Part shown: positions 52,530 to 63,495 of the stretch, in pieces | Layout: each line of letters opens with the position of its first letter | How positions within the stretch are numbered: position 1 is the stretch's first letter | Assembly: GCA_963555815.3 (NCBI GenBank) | Contig: CAUVWX020000001.1 | Location: 96,001 to 160,000, forward strand | Direction of reading: 5' to 3' | Length of the DNA stretch: 64,000 nt | Origin: a bacterium | Lineage (GTDB): Bacteria; UBA8248; JACPRG01; G963555815 | Notes under the pieces: model-generated | What the model saw: the letters and a program-made list of their open reading frames with translations, nothing else | What the model was told of the DNA's origin: nothing | Database searches by the model: none | Made by a program: the position numbers and the translations under genes

Positions 52530-53546
52530 ATGAAATGCAAGACGATACTTGCTGCGGCGGCGCTCGTCGTAGGGTTCACGCTTCCGGCGTCAGCCGCCAC
52601 GCTGGATGACGTCAGGGCCAAGGGTCATGTCCAATGCGGCGTGAGTCAGGGCCTGCCGGGGTTTTCGAACCCCGACAAGGAGGGTAACTGGATCGGACTC
52701 GATGTCGATGTGTGTCGGGCCGTAGCCGCCGCAGTCTTCGGTAATGCGACCAAGGTGAAGTTCAGCCCGTTGTCGGCGAAGGAGCGTTTCACCGCTTTGC
52801 AATCGGGCGAGATCGACGTGCTGTCACGAAACACGACCTGGACGCTGGTTCGTGATATCGCGCTCGGCCTCGATTTTGTGGGTGTCAACTTCTATGACGG
52901 CCAGGGCTTCATGGTCCGCAAGGATATGGGGATCAAGAGCGCCAAGGAACTGGAAGGCGCCAGCGTTTGCACCAACATCGGAACGACGACCGAGCTCAAC
53001 ATGGCCGATTTCTTTCGCGCCAACAGCATGAAATACGAGCCGGTGACGTTCGAGAAAGCGGACGAGGTCGTGGCTGCCTACGACGCGGGCCGCTGCGACG
53101 CGTACACGACGGATCGTTCAGCCCTCGCGGCGCAGCGCATAAAGCTGAAGAACCCCGATGCCCACGTACTTCTTTCCGATACGATCTCGAAGGAGCCGCT
53201 GGGACCCGTGGTCCGCCACGGTGACAATCAGTGGGGCGACGTCGTCCGCTGGTCCCTGATCGCCATGATCGAGGCGGAGGAGATTGGCGTCACGTCCAAG
53301 AACGTCGACGACATGCGCAAGACGTCGCTCAACCCGGTGGTGAAGCGGCTTCTGGGTACGGAAGGCGATATGGGTAAGAACCTCGGCCTTTCCAACGATT
53401 GGTCCTACAACATCATCAAACAGGTCGGGAATTACGGCGAGTCCTACGAGCGCCACCTCGGTCCCAACACCGCGATAGGCCTGCCGCGCGGTCTGAACGA
53501 GCTTTGGACCAAAGGCGGATTGATGTATCCGATGCCGTTCCGCTAG
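52530..53546 (+). CDS. aapJ: general L-amino acid ABC transporter substrate-binding protein
   Basis: CGVSQGLPGFS, RFTALQSGEIDVLSRNTTWT and ISKEPLGP motifs. Confidence 0.95.
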   Translation: MKCKTILAAAALVVGFTLPASAATLDDVRAKGHVQCGVSQGLPGFSNPDKEGNWIGLDVDVCRAVAAAVFGNATKVKFSPLSAKERFTALQSGEIDVLSRNTTWTLVRDIALGLDFVGVNFYDGQGFMVRKDMGIKSAKELEGASVCTNIGTTTELNMADFFRANSMKYEPVTFEKADEVVAAYDAGRCDAYTTDRSALAAQRIKLKNPDAHVLLSDTISKEPLGPVVRHGDNQWGDVVRWSLIAMIEAEEIGVTSKNVDDMRKTSLNPVVKRLLGTEGDMGKNLGLSNDWSYNIIKQVGNYGESYERHLGPNTAIGLPRGLNELWTKGGLMYPMPFR

Positions 53547-53643
53547 GACGTGTACGTACGCAGTCTCATAGGGTACGCCCGGTTTGCGCCGGGCGTGCCC
53601 TGCTTCGTTTCGCAGGTTGGGTGAGAGCAGGGATAAGGGGGTC

Positions 53644-54834
53644 ATGGCCGCTCACAGTGAACTCGGCGCCGCACCGACCCGCGTGTCGTTCTTGAACAAC
53701 CCGCGGGTCCGCGCCCTGATCTTTCAGGCACTCGTGCTGGGCGGGATCATTGGGCTCGGAACCTACATCGTTAACAATACGCTCAACAACATGGAAAGCC
53801 AGGGCATTGCCTCCGGCTTCGGTTTCCTGACGAGGACGGCTGGTTTCGATATCGGCATGAAGCTTATCGAATTTAACGAGGCGTCCTCTTACGGCCGAGC
53901 GTTCGTCGTGTCGCTTTTGAATACGCTGCTGGTGTCGGCCATCGGCATCGTTCTCGCCACGATCCTCGGGTTCGTCATTGGAATCGCGCGCCTCTCGACC
54001 AACCGGCTCGTCGCGAAGCTGGCCGAGGTCTACATCGAGATCTTTCGAAACATCCCTTTGCTGTTGCAGATTTTCTTCTGGTATTTCGCGGTGCTTCGGA
54101 CGCTGCCGTCGCCGAGGCAAAGCATCGAATTCGCCGACGCATTCTTCCTCAACATCCGCGGGCTGTCCACGCCCAGGCCGATCTTCGAGTCCGGCTTTTC
54201 CGCCATTCTGATCAGCCTCCTCGTCGGGACGGTTGCCGTCGTTTTCATCGCCCGTTGGGCGAAACGCCGGCGCGAAGAGACGGGCCGACAGTTTCATACC
54301 GCCTATGCGTCCTTTGGCATTCTGATCGGGTTGCCCACGCTCGCGGGGTGGGTGACGGGTCTCCCCTTGTCATGGGATTATCCGGTTCTAAAGGGCTTTA
54401 ATTTCCAGGGCGGCCTGACGCTCATCCCCGAACTCGTCGCCCTGGTGATTGCCCTGACCCTCTACACGGCTTCCTTCATTGCCGAAGTCGTGCGCTCGGG
54501 CATCCAGGCGGTCAGCCACGGGCAAACAGAGGCGGCCCGATCCCTCGGATTGCGTCACGGACCCTCCCTGCGCCTTGTCATCATCCCGCAGGCATTGCGC
54601 CTCATCATACCGCCCCTCACCAGCCAATATCTGAACCTGACCAAGAACTCGTCGCTGGCCGCGGCGATCGCCTATCCCGATCTGGTTCTGGTGTTCGCTG
54701 GCACAGCGTTGCTGCAGACAGGGCAAGCCGTGGAGATCATCGCTATGACAATGGCCGTGTACCTCACGATCAGCCTAGTCATTTCAGCGCTCATGAATTG
54801 GTACAACGAGAAAACGGCGTTGGTGGAGCGTTAG
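53644..54834 (+). CDS. aapQ: amino acid ABC transporter permease
   Basis: RNIPLLLQ, AEVVRSGI..GQTEAA and YLNLTKNSSLA motifs. Confidence 0.94.
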   Translation: MAAHSELGAAPTRVSFLNNPRVRALIFQALVLGGIIGLGTYIVNNTLNNMESQGIASGFGFLTRTAGFDIGMKLIEFNEASSYGRAFVVSLLNTLLVSAIGIVLATILGFVIGIARLSTNRLVAKLAEVYIEIFRNIPLLLQIFFWYFAVLRTLPSPRQSIEFADAFFLNIRGLSTPRPIFESGFSAILISLLVGTVAVVFIARWAKRRREETGRQFHTAYASFGILIGLPTLAGWVTGLPLSWDYPVLKGFNFQGGLTLIPELVALVIALTLYTASFIAEVVRSGIQAVSHGQTEAARSLGLRHGPSLRLVIIPQALRLIIPPLTSQYLNLTKNSSLAAAIAYPDLVLVFAGTALLQTGQAVEIIAMTMAVYLTISLVISALMNWYNEKTALVER

Positions 54835-54837
54835 GCT

Positions 54838-55941
54838 GTGGCGGACGCAAAACCGACGTTCATGCGCAGCCCTGATCTACCGCCGCCCGCATCCACCGTG
54901 GGCGTCGTGAGGTGGTTGCGCCAGAACCTGTTCTCGACCTGGTACAACAGTGTCCTCACCGTCCTCACCCTGTGGCTCATCTGGGAAGTGGCGCCGCCCG
55001 TCATCGCGTGGGCGCTGGTCAACGCGGATTGGACAGGCGCCACCCGGGACGCCTGCTCGCACGAAGGGGCGTGCTGGGTGTTCATCAAGGAGTGGTTCGG
55101 TCAGCTGATATACGGCCGCTATCCGCTCGATGAGCGCTGGCGCGTCAACCTCGGAGCTGTCATTCTCATCGTATGCGCGGGGACGCTGTTCTTCCCACGG
55201 TTCCGGTACAAAGCGTGGATGGCCGCGTTCCTGCTGGTCGGCTATCCGGTGATTGCGTTTCTCCTGTTCTCGGGCGACGTCTTCGGGCTGAAGTGGGTGG
55301 AAACGCCTCTATGGGGCGGCCTGTTCCTGACGCTGGTCATCGCAATCGTCGGATGTGTACTGGCGCTGCCGATCGGCCTTTTGCTCGCCCTGGGCCGGCG
55401 TTCGGACATGCCGGTCTTGCGGGCCGTCTGCGTCGCCTTCATCGAGCTGTGGCGCGGCGTGCCGCTCATTACCATACTGTTCATGGCGTCGGTGATGTTC
55501 CCATTGTTCTTGCCGGAAAACCTGCTATTTGATAAGCTGCTGCGCATCTTGATCGCTTTGGTGCTGTTTCAGGCGGCGTATCTTGCAGAGGTGATCCGCG
55601 GCGGACTGCAAGCCATTCCGAAGGGACAGTACGAGGGCGCTCAGGCGGTGGGCCTGCACTACTGGAGGATAATGCTCCTCATCATTCTTCCCCAGGCCAT
55701 CAAGCTGGTGATCCCGGGAATCGTGAGCTCGTTTATCGCTTTGCTGAAGGACACGACCCTCGTGCTGATCATCGGGTTGTTCGACTTCTTCGGCATGATC
55801 CAGGCCGCCGGCACCCACCCCGATTGGCTGGGATTCGCGGTCGAAGGATACGTCTTCGCCGCTTTCATTTTCTGGATCCTCTGCTTCGGCATGTCGCGGT
55901 ACAGCCAGCGCCTGGAGCGAAGGCTGCACACGGGTCACTAA
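54838..55941 (+). CDS. aapM: amino acid ABC transporter permease
   Basis: RGVPLIT and [17 protein letters not shown] motifs. Confidence 0.94.
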   Translation: MADAKPTFMRSPDLPPPASTVGVVRWLRQNLFSTWYNSVLTVLTLWLIWEVAPPVIAWALVNADWTGATRDACSHEGACWVFIKEWFGQLIYGRYPLDERWRVNLGAVILIVCAGTLFFPRFRYKAWMAAFLLVGYPVIAFLLFSGDVFGLKWVETPLWGGLFLTLVIAIVGCVLALPIGLLLALGRRSDMPVLRAVCVAFIELWRGVPLITILFMASVMFPLFLPENLLFDKLLRILIALVLFQAAYLAEVIRGGLQAIPKGQYEGAQAVGLHYWRIMLLIILPQAIKLVIPGIVSSFIALLKDTTLVLIIGLFDFFGMIQAAGTHPDWLGFAVEGYVFAAFIFWILCFGMSRYSQRLERRLHTGH

Positions 55942-55976
55942 GCGGGTCGGCTTATCAACCCAAGGAGGGCGCAGCC

Positions 55977-56753
55977 ATGAGTCATGCGCAGGCGGACACC
56001 GGCCAGGGCGCGGACACCGGCGTCGCCATCCGGATGATCGGTGTCCATAAATGGTACGGTCAGTTCCACGTCCTCAAGGACATCCACCTTTCCGTCGATT
56101 TTAAGGAGAAAATCGTCGTCTGTGGGCCTTCGGGCTCCGGCAAGTCGACCCTGATCCGATGCATCAACCGTCTCGAAGAGCATCAGCGTGGCCGGATCAT
56201 CGTCGAAGGGATCGAGCTGACGAACGACCTGAAGAAAATTGCCGAGATTCGCAGCGAAGTCGGCATGGTGTTCCAACACTTCAACCTATTTCCCCATCTT
56301 ACCGTTCTGGGCAATCTCACGCTGGCACCTATGTGGGTTCGCAAAATTCCCAGAGCGGAGGCAGAGGGGATCGCTATGAAGTTTCTCACCCGGGTGAAGA
56401 TCCCCGAACAGGCGACGAAGTTCCCAGGGCAACTTTCTGGCGGTCAACAGCAGCGCGTAGCGATCGCCCGGGCGCTCTGCATGAACCCCAAGATCATGCT
56501 GTTCGACGAACCGACATCGGCGCTCGATCCGGAGATGATCAAGGAAGTGGTGGACGTCATGGTGGACTTGGCGGAGGAAGGCATGACGATGATTGTGGTG
56601 ACGCATGAAATGGGATTTGCGAACCGGGTGGCCGACCGCGTCGTGTTTATGGATGAAGGAGAAATCATCGAGCAGGCCGACCCCAAGACGTTTTTCAACA
56701 ATCCACAGAACGAGCGGACCCAACTGTTCCTGAGTCAGATCCTGTCGCACTGA
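55977..56753 (+). CDS. aapP: amino acid ABC transporter ATP-binding protein
   Basis: [17 protein letters not shown] and FDEPT motifs. Confidence 0.95.
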   Translation: MSHAQADTGQGADTGVAIRMIGVHKWYGQFHVLKDIHLSVDFKEKIVVCGPSGSGKSTLIRCINRLEEHQRGRIIVEGIELTNDLKKIAEIRSEVGMVFQHFNLFPHLTVLGNLTLAPMWVRKIPRAEAEGIAMKFLTRVKIPEQATKFPGQLSGGQQQRVAIARALCMNPKIMLFDEPTSALDPEMIKEVVDVMVDLAEEGMTMIVVTHEMGFANRVADRVVFMDEGEIIEQADPKTFFNNPQNERTQLFLSQILSH

Positions 56754-56884
56754 GGAGGGCGCGGACAACCGGAGTTGAACGGGCTCCATCCGGTTAGTTG
56801 GTCCGCCTTTCGGATTGAAGTTCATCAAGCAAAATCCGCTAGGTCCGCTCAAGCGTTGCCTTCCCCATGAAAACGGGAAGCCAC

Positions 56885-57060
56885 CCGGCGCGGCTTGTCG
56901 CTCGAACCGGATGAGGCGGGTGAAGTTGTAGACCCGGTTGACGAGTGCGAGCTTCGCCTTAGTAGCGGGCAAGCCCGATGCTTCGGATTGGAGGTGGTGG
57001 GTCATTTTGACATGAATGAATTCCAGTACCCCTTTTTTCCACATGGCTCTTTTGTGGGCG
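56885..57060 (-). pseudogene. IS5-like transposase C-terminal remnant
   Basis: GLPATKAKLALVNRVYNFTRLIRFER resembles IS5 DDE C-termini. Confidence 0.45.
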
Positions 57061-57216
57061 AGGCCCTTGCGGCCTCCCACAGGGTTGCCTGTCATTCCAA
57101 GCGCAGCGAGGAATTCGCACTGGCTATGCAACGTTCTCTACACGATTGGCATTCGGGGATTTTACTGCTTCCATCGGATCAAAGCTTGAATTCAAACATG
57201 TAAGAAGGAGAAGACA

Positions 57217-58596
57217 ATGGCCAAGGGCACTAGGCGTTCCACCTCGACCCGAAAGGTGGGCGGGCGAACACAAAAAAATCGGGAATATGTCCTTCGCATG
57301 GCAAAGGAGCACAACGTCAAGTTCTTCCGACTCTGGTTCACGGACATGTTGGGCCACCTCAGAGACTTCGTCGTCACGCACAGTGAGATCGAGAGCTCCA
57401 TGTACGAGGGCCAAGGGTTTGACGGTTCGTCCATCCCGGGATTCGCCCGGATCGAACAGAGCGACATGGTGGCAATGCCTGACCCCTCGACTTTCCAGAT
57501 TCTCCCCTGGCTGAGTGAGCCGGATGGCAAGGTCGGCCGGATGTTCTGCGACATCGTGAACCCGGACCGCTCGCCCTTTGAAGGAGACCCCCGCTACATC
57601 CTGAAACGCAACCTGGAGGAGGCCGCCAAGCTGGGATGTACTTTTTACGTCGGACCCGAGCTTGAGTTCTTCCTGTTCAAGAATTCGGACGGGACGGAAG
57701 TCCTCGACAACGGCGGCTATTTCGATGTGTTGCTCCTGGACGTGGCCTCGAATTTCAGACGCGAAGTCACGAAAGCGCTCCAGTCGATTGAGATTGACAT
57801 CGAGTACGCTCATCACGAGGTCGGCCCCAGCCAACACGAGCTTGACCTGCGCTACGCGGAGGCCCTCACCATGGCGGACAACTGCATGACCTACCGCATG
57901 GTGGTGAAAAGTGTCGCCTTGGATCAAGGCATTTACGCCACCTTCATGCCGAAGCCTCTGTTCGGGGTGAACGGAAGCGGCATGCACACCCATCAGTCGC
58001 TTTTTAAGGGTTCCACAAACGCATTTTACGATCCCAAGGATGAATACCATCTCTCCGACTTGGCCAAACACTACATTGCAGGACTCCTCCGGCACGTCCC
58101 CGAAATCACCCTCGTCCTGAACCAGTGGGTGAATTCTTACAAGCGCCTAGTGCCGGGCTACGAGGCGCCCAGTAACATCACCTGGGCGGTCGGCAACCGC
58201 TCTGACCTCGTGCGCATCCCTAACTACAAGCCCGGCAATGAGGAGGCCACCCGAGTCGAACTGCGGAGCCCGGACCCCGCGTGCAACCCCTACCTGGCTT
58301 TCGCGGTCATGCTGGCTGCCGGTATGGCCGGTATCAAGGGAAAGTACAAGCTTTCGGATCCAGCGAACCGGAATGTCTACGAGATGACCGAGACGGAGCG
58401 CAAGAAGCTCGGCATTCAGCAGCTGCCCGCCGATCTCAGCGAGGCCATTAGGCTCGCCGAGAAGAGCCAGCTCCTCCGCAAGTGCTTGAGAGAACACGCA
58501 TTCACGAATCTCTTAGAAAACAAGAGGCTAGAGTGGAAAGAATACCACGCCCGCGTGTCCCAGTTTGAGCTGGACAGGCACCTGGCCGTCTTATAG
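57217..58596 (+). CDS. glnA: glutamine synthetase type I
   Basis: FDGSSI, GPELEFF, HHEV, NGSGMH, NSYKRLVPGYEAP and ELRSPDP motifs. Confidence 0.96.
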   Translation: MAKGTRRSTSTRKVGGRTQKNREYVLRMAKEHNVKFFRLWFTDMLGHLRDFVVTHSEIESSMYEGQGFDGSSIPGFARIEQSDMVAMPDPSTFQILPWLSEPDGKVGRMFCDIVNPDRSPFEGDPRYILKRNLEEAAKLGCTFYVGPELEFFLFKNSDGTEVLDNGGYFDVLLLDVASNFRREVTKALQSIEIDIEYAHHEVGPSQHELDLRYAEALTMADNCMTYRMVVKSVALDQGIYATFMPKPLFGVNGSGMHTHQSLFKGSTNAFYDPKDEYHLSDLAKHYIAGLLRHVPEITLVLNQWVNSYKRLVPGYEAPSNITWAVGNRSDLVRIPNYKPGNEEATRVELRSPDPACNPYLAFAVMLAAGMAGIKGKYKLSDPANRNVYEMTETERKKLGIQQLPADLSEAIRLAEKSQLLRKCLREHAFTNLLENKRLEWKEYHARVSQFELDRHLAVL

Positions 58597-58923
58597 CCTC
58601 CGTTTTCTCTTGAAGCGCAGAGCGAGGAGCGAATCGCCCGGCGGGAGGATTCAGTCCTTCATTTTGAACCCTTCCGGTTGCCCGCCCAATCCAAGTCACG
58701 TAATTAATCGCAGGACGTGACGAGAAAGTTGGAATTCGGTTAATTCGCCGACTTCGGTCAGATATTTTCGGGTGACACATTGATTTGCTGAATCATCCAC
58801 ACCGGCCCAAGAGACGAACATTTACAGGATAACGAAGGTGATCGATTTCGTTTACAGCCACAGGCTTTTGGATTACGGTGAAAAGTCCAAGGCCATCCGC
58901 GGTCATGGTTGTTGACAAGGTTA

Positions 58924-59128
58924 ACTCTTAAACGGTTGTAGCTTTTTTGTCTAACCCCAGTGCTACAAAAATGCTACAGATTCCACCAAAAACCCCCCTC
59001 CTCAGCCCAACTCAGGCCAAGAAGGGGGGTTGCCGTATCCCTTTGATCATCTGTCAAATAGCTTGATTTTCAACCTCCATCCGTTAAGCTGATCTAGGCT
59101 GGTCGGCGACTCAAAATCCCCTGCGGGT
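58924..59128 (+). repeat. element end, copy 3, with degenerate tRNA-Leu 3' remnant (right boundary of the island stack)
   Basis: matches 42073-42270 and ends GACTCAAAATCCCCTGCGGGT. Confidence 0.88.
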
Positions 59129-59252
59129 CGGGCGAACCGCAAGTGAAATCTAGGGTTTGAAGTTTGTTTGGCTTCGGCGTACCCTGCGAATCGGGCACTT
59201 CGGGTACACAGAGGCATCTCCCCCAAGCACTTTTTCTATTTGGGAGCGAGCC

Positions 59253-60776
59253 ATGACAGAACAAGTTCTCATTCTGCCCGACGACGCACATAACCAAACT
59301 CTGGTCTCCAACACTCATCCTCCAGATTGGGTGAACCCTGAGCCGGCCTCGCGGTACAACCTGGTGATCATCGGAGCCGGGACGGCGGGCCTCGTCACGG
59401 CGACGGGAGCTGCGGGTCTGGGCGCCAAGGTGGCGCTTATCGAAAAGAGCATGATGGGGGGAGATTGTCTCATCGTGGGATGTGTCCCCTCCAAAGGTCT
59501 CCTCCGTTGCGCCCGCGCTTATGCCGACGTGAGGGACGCAGGGGACTTTGGCGTGCGTGTTCCCTCCGGTGTGAGCGTTGATTTCCCCGCCGTCATGGAG
59601 CGGATGCGAAGGTTGCGGGCCCGGATCAGCCCCAACGACTCGGCGGCCCGTTACCAGCAGGAGCTTGGGGTAGATATCTTTCTCGGCGAAGGGCGGTTCA
59701 GCAGTCATGACACGGTAGAGGTGGAGGGCAAGCGAGTTCGTTTTCGAAAGGCCGTCATCGCCACAGGCGCCCGGGCCATCGCGCCTCCAATTCCTGGCAT
59801 CGAGGAGGCGGGCTATCTCACCAACGAAACCGTCTTCTGGCTCACGGAGCTCCCCCGGCGTCTGGCTGTCATCGGCGCTGGACCCATCGGCTGTGAGCTC
59901 TAGCAGGCTTTCAGGCGGTTCGGGTCCGAGATCTTCCTTCTGGAAATGGCGGACCAAATCTTGATCCGGGAGGACCGGGACGCCGCGGAGCGAGTCCAAA
60001 AAGCCCTTGTCCGGGACGGGGTGAACCTCCTCTTCGGGAGCAGGATTCAGGAAGTCCGAAAAGAAGGCGAAGAAAAGGTCATCAGGCTGGAGTACGGGGG
60101 AGACCCGATCGAGCTCCGGGTGAGCGAAATCCTCGTGGGGGCCGGACGCGCGCCCAACGTCCAGGGCCTTAACCTGGAAGCGGTGGGGGTCGAGTACGAC
60201 GAGCGCAAAGGCGTCCGGGTCAACGATTATCTTCAAACCACCAACCGCCGGATCTATGCAGCCGGAGACATCTGCTTCCCGTACAAATTTACACACACGG
60301 CCGACGCCTTGGCGCGAATCGTCGTCCGGAACACGCTGTTTCCGGGACAGTCGAAATCGAACGCACTGACGATTCCATGGTGCACCTATACGGACCCGGA
60401 AATCGCCCGCGTCGGTCTTTCCGAAAAAGAAGCGGAAACCAAAGGTGTCCCCGTCACGACCTTCAAACTGGAGTTGTCGGAGCTCGACCGGGCCATCCTG
60501 GACGGCGAAGACGAGGGCTTTCTAAAAGTTCTCGTCAAGAAAGGAACGGACAAGATCCTCGGCGCCACGCTGGTCGCAAGACACGCGGGGGAAATTATCT
60601 CAGAGATCACCTTGGCCATGACGTCTGGGCTCGGCCTCGGAAAGATTGGGAAAACGATTCACCCCTACCCTACCCAAGCGGAGATCGTCAAAAGGGCGAG
60701 CGATGCCTACCTTCGAACACGCCTAACGCCCTTCGTCAAAACTATTTTCCAGAAGTGGGTCGCCTGGAACCGATAA
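59253..60776 (+). pseudogene. mercuric reductase/dihydrolipoamide dehydrogenase-like flavoprotein with an in-frame TAG
   Basis: GGDCLIVGCVPSK, GAGPIGCEL*QAF, IHPYPT; both halves in one frame, TAG at 59901-59903. Confidence 0.88.
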
Positions 60777-60824
60777 GAGGCCGCCTGGGCCTTGATAAAA
60801 TCGGCAGGTCCCCGCGCTCCGGTT

Positions 60825-61574
60825 TCAACGCGAGGCCAGCGGAACTCTGAAGCGATTGCCGAATGGCGGGGTGTAAACGATCCCCAGTCGGCGATAGGTC
60901 GCCTCTGGGATCCCAATATCAGCGAGGATGAGATCGCCCGTTTTTTCGGGCAGGAGCCCCGTCTTGGGCAGGGCGAGCGTCATCGTCCAGCGGGCCCTGA
61001 CAAATTCTCCCGGAGTCTCGCCGGTCGTCGAATCCACACCAGAGGGAACGTCCAGCGACAAGATAGAAGCGCTTGCTCCATTGGCCCACTGGATCAATTG
61101 AGCGGCTGTCCCCCGAGGGGCCGAGCGCAGGCTGTAACCAATCAGCGCATCCAGAATTAAATTCACCTCTCCACTTGCCAGCTCTTTCGGCTCTACTTCA
61201 TTACCCGCGGTCGACTCGTATATCTTCCGTTGAAAGGCAGGAGCTTCCCCAAGGCCGTCAGGTGCGGCCAGGCAGAGCGCCACGTCCACACCGCGATTGG
61301 CCAGATGACGGGCAGCACAGATTCCACCCCCGCCATTGCCGCCGCTACCCGCCAGTACGACGACCTTCGCCTGATCCCAATCCTTGCCAAGAACCTCCAT
61401 TGCCAGCTGGGCCAGGTTGCGCCCGGCATTCCCCATCATCTGGAACAGATTGGGGCCGGTCTCTTCCATCGCGATGCGGTCCACTTCACGCATCTGCTCC
61501 GTCGTGACCGCAGGAACCTCAATTCCTGTGTCCGTAAAGAAGCGACGCCCAGAGTCCGCGAGATCATGACTCAT
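60825..61574 (-). CDS. nnrE: NAD(P)H-hydrate epimerase
   Basis: MREVD, GSGGNGGGG, DALIG and LDVPSG motifs (YjeF N-terminal domain). Confidence 0.88.
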   Translation of the reverse strand: MSHDLADSGRRFFTDTGIEVPAVTTEQMREVDRIAMEETGPNLFQMMGNAGRNLAQLAMEVLGKDWDQAKVVVLAGSGGNGGGGICAARHLANRGVDVALCLAAPDGLGEAPAFQRKIYESTAGNEVEPKELASGEVNLILDALIGYSLRSAPRGTAAQLIQWANGASASILSLDVPSGVDSTTGETPGEFVRARWTMTLALPKTGLLPEKTGDLILADIGIPEATYRRLGIVYTPPFGNRFRVPLASR

Positions 61575-61585
61575 TTCGGCAATCT

Positions 61586-62446
61586 TTAACCCCCGGTTGC
61601 GAAACCCGGGTAGAGGGTCATCCCACCATCCACGAACAGCGTAATTCCGTTCACATAGTCGGCGTCGTCAGAGGCCATCCAGACGGTTGCCCGGCCGATG
61701 TCCTCGGGTTCTCCAATACGCTTGTATGGCACCAAAGTCATAAGAGCGTTATAGGCCTCAGGTGTGCTCCACGCGCTGGCATTGATCGGGGTGCGAATCG
61801 CCCCTGGCCCAATGCTGTTAACCCGGATTCGATAGGGCGCGATCTCCTGAGCGATACTCTTCATCATGAGCATCACCCCGCCCTTGGAAGCGGCGTAGTT
61901 CACGTGGCCGGCCCAGGGAATGACCTCGTGAACTGAACTCATGCAAATGATCTTGCCGGCAGAGCAAGAAACCTCTTTGACCACGCCGCGTCTTTTGAAC
62001 TCGCGGACTGCCTCACGGGCACAGAGAAATTGACCGGTCAGGTTCACACCCAACACCAGGTTCCATTGCTGAAGGGTCATCTCTTCAAAGGGGGCGTCCC
62101 TTTGGAGCCCCGCGTTGTTGATGAGAATATCGATCGTGCCGAACTCCTGAATCATCTGTTTGAACATGGCCCCGACTTGGTCTTCCTGGGAGACATCGGC
62201 CTGATGGGCATAAGCCTGGCTGCCGGAACTGCGGATCTTCTCGACCACTTCCTCTGCCGCCTCCTCGCCGGAGACATAGTTAACGACCACGTCCGCCCCG
62301 GCCTCTCCCAGGGCGATGGCCACTCCCTTGCCGATCCCCGAGCTGGCGCCCGTCACCATGGCTTTTTGGCCTTTCAAGACCTGCCGGATGGGACACATGG
62401 GCATCACGACCTCCGGCAGTCGCTCTCCCCTCGACGAAGCGCTCAT
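61586..62446 (-). CDS. SDR oxidoreductase (glucose 1-dehydrogenase-like)
   Basis: TGASSGIG, NNAG, SSVHE and YAASK motifs. Confidence 0.92.
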   Translation of the reverse strand: MSASSRGERLPEVVMPMCPIRQVLKGQKAMVTGASSGIGKGVAIALGEAGADVVVNYVSGEEAAEEVVEKIRSSGSQAYAHQADVSQEDQVGAMFKQMIQEFGTIDILINNAGLQRDAPFEEMTLQQWNLVLGVNLTGQFLCAREAVREFKRRGVVKEVSCSAGKIICMSSVHEVIPWAGHVNYAASKGGVMLMMKSIAQEIAPYRIRVNSIGPGAIRTPINASAWSTPEAYNALMTLVPYKRIGEPEDIGRATVWMASDDADYVNGITLFVDGGMTLYPGFATGG

Positions 62447-62555
62447 CGGCTGTTCTCCTTAAAGTCGAACGGCTATTTGATCTTCCACCAATCCTTGGCT
62501 CTAAACAGCAGGGCCCGCGCATACTCTACGAGGGGTCTAAGTACTTGTGAAATCC

Positions 62556-63464
62556 TCAGGCCACACGAATGCGGAAGAGTCCGGCCAGGATTTCACCAGG
62601 GGCGAGGACTCGCATTCCAGTCCCCTCCTGCCCGCCCTCGGCGAGGTTGAAAGCATCGTTGCAATTCGTCACCGGCTCAAGGGCAAAGAAGGGCTCACCC
62701 TTGGGTGTGTAAATGACCAGGTGAGAAAAAACCTCCTCGCATTCGACGCGCACCTGTACGCCAGAACCGGGCCAGAGTATGGTTGCGCGCCCGTCCCAGC
62801 CTGCGAAGCAGTGGTCGAGGCCAGGTTCCTCAATTGGGCGAAGGGCGGAGAAGTCCTGGTTCGATGAGACCGGCACCGGGGGCCCTGTGGGAAGAGGGGT
62901 CTCTCCCGGATATGCACCATCCACGCGAGCCTCAAGCTCGACCCCCTCATGGGGCTTGGTCAGCGTACGCCGAAAATAGGGATAAAAGCCAAAACCGGCT
63001 GGCATGTCATGAACGCCCGAGTTCGTCAATTCCAGTCTTGTGTCAAACACCGTACCCGAGAGCCGGTAGCAGAGTTTCGCCCGAAAAGGAAAGGGAAAGG
63101 TGATGTCTGAAAATTCGGCTGAATCGAACGTCAAAGTCAGGGAATCTATTCTCTCTTCGCTTATCTTCCAGGGCCTTTTCCAGGCCTCCCCGTGGATGGC
63201 CGTCCCATCCGGGAAGTTGGGACGGAGCTGAAACTCTTTTCCCCTGAACGTAAAACGGGCGTCGCGGATACGATTCGAATATGGCAAAAGAACGAAGCTG
63301 GCCATGCTGTCTGTGTCGAAGGCCGCCACCGCCTCGGGTGGCGTCGGGCGCATGATGGGAACCCAGACATCGCCCATAGCCATTTCGAAAGTGACGATGC
63401 TCGCTCCGGCCCCCGGGCAGACTTCCAGGCGCAGGCAGTCCGACTCAATTTTCTTTGTCGTCAT
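62556..63464 (-). CDS. aldose 1-epimerase family protein
   Basis: PYSNRI, IHG, DHCF and ALEPVT motifs. Confidence 0.88.
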   Translation of the reverse strand: MTTKKIESDCLRLEVCPGAGASIVTFEMAMGDVWVPIMRPTPPEAVAAFDTDSMASFVLLPYSNRIRDARFTFRGKEFQLRPNFPDGTAIHGEAWKRPWKISEERIDSLTLTFDSAEFSDITFPFPFRAKLCYRLSGTVFDTRLELTNSGVHDMPAGFGFYPYFRRTLTKPHEGVELEARVDGAYPGETPLPTGPPVPVSSNQDFSALRPIEEPGLDHCFAGWDGRATILWPGSGVQVRVECEEVFSHLVIYTPKGEPFFALEPVTNCNDAFNLAEGGQEGTGMRVLAPGEILAGLFRIRVA

Positions 63465-63495
63465 CCCGCCTACGCTCTATTGACCGGATCCCCGG

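Noticed and set aside
57130..57216. Glutamine riboswitch upstream of glnA
   Set aside because: No recognisable consensus.
58780..58915. Possible second RAYT N-terminal remnant
   Set aside because: Too degenerate to support without a search.
24599..59128. CRISPR array or classical integron as the explanation for the repeats
   Set aside because: The repeats are tRNA halves and element ends spaced kilobases apart. No cas genes, regular spacers or attC sites were recognised.
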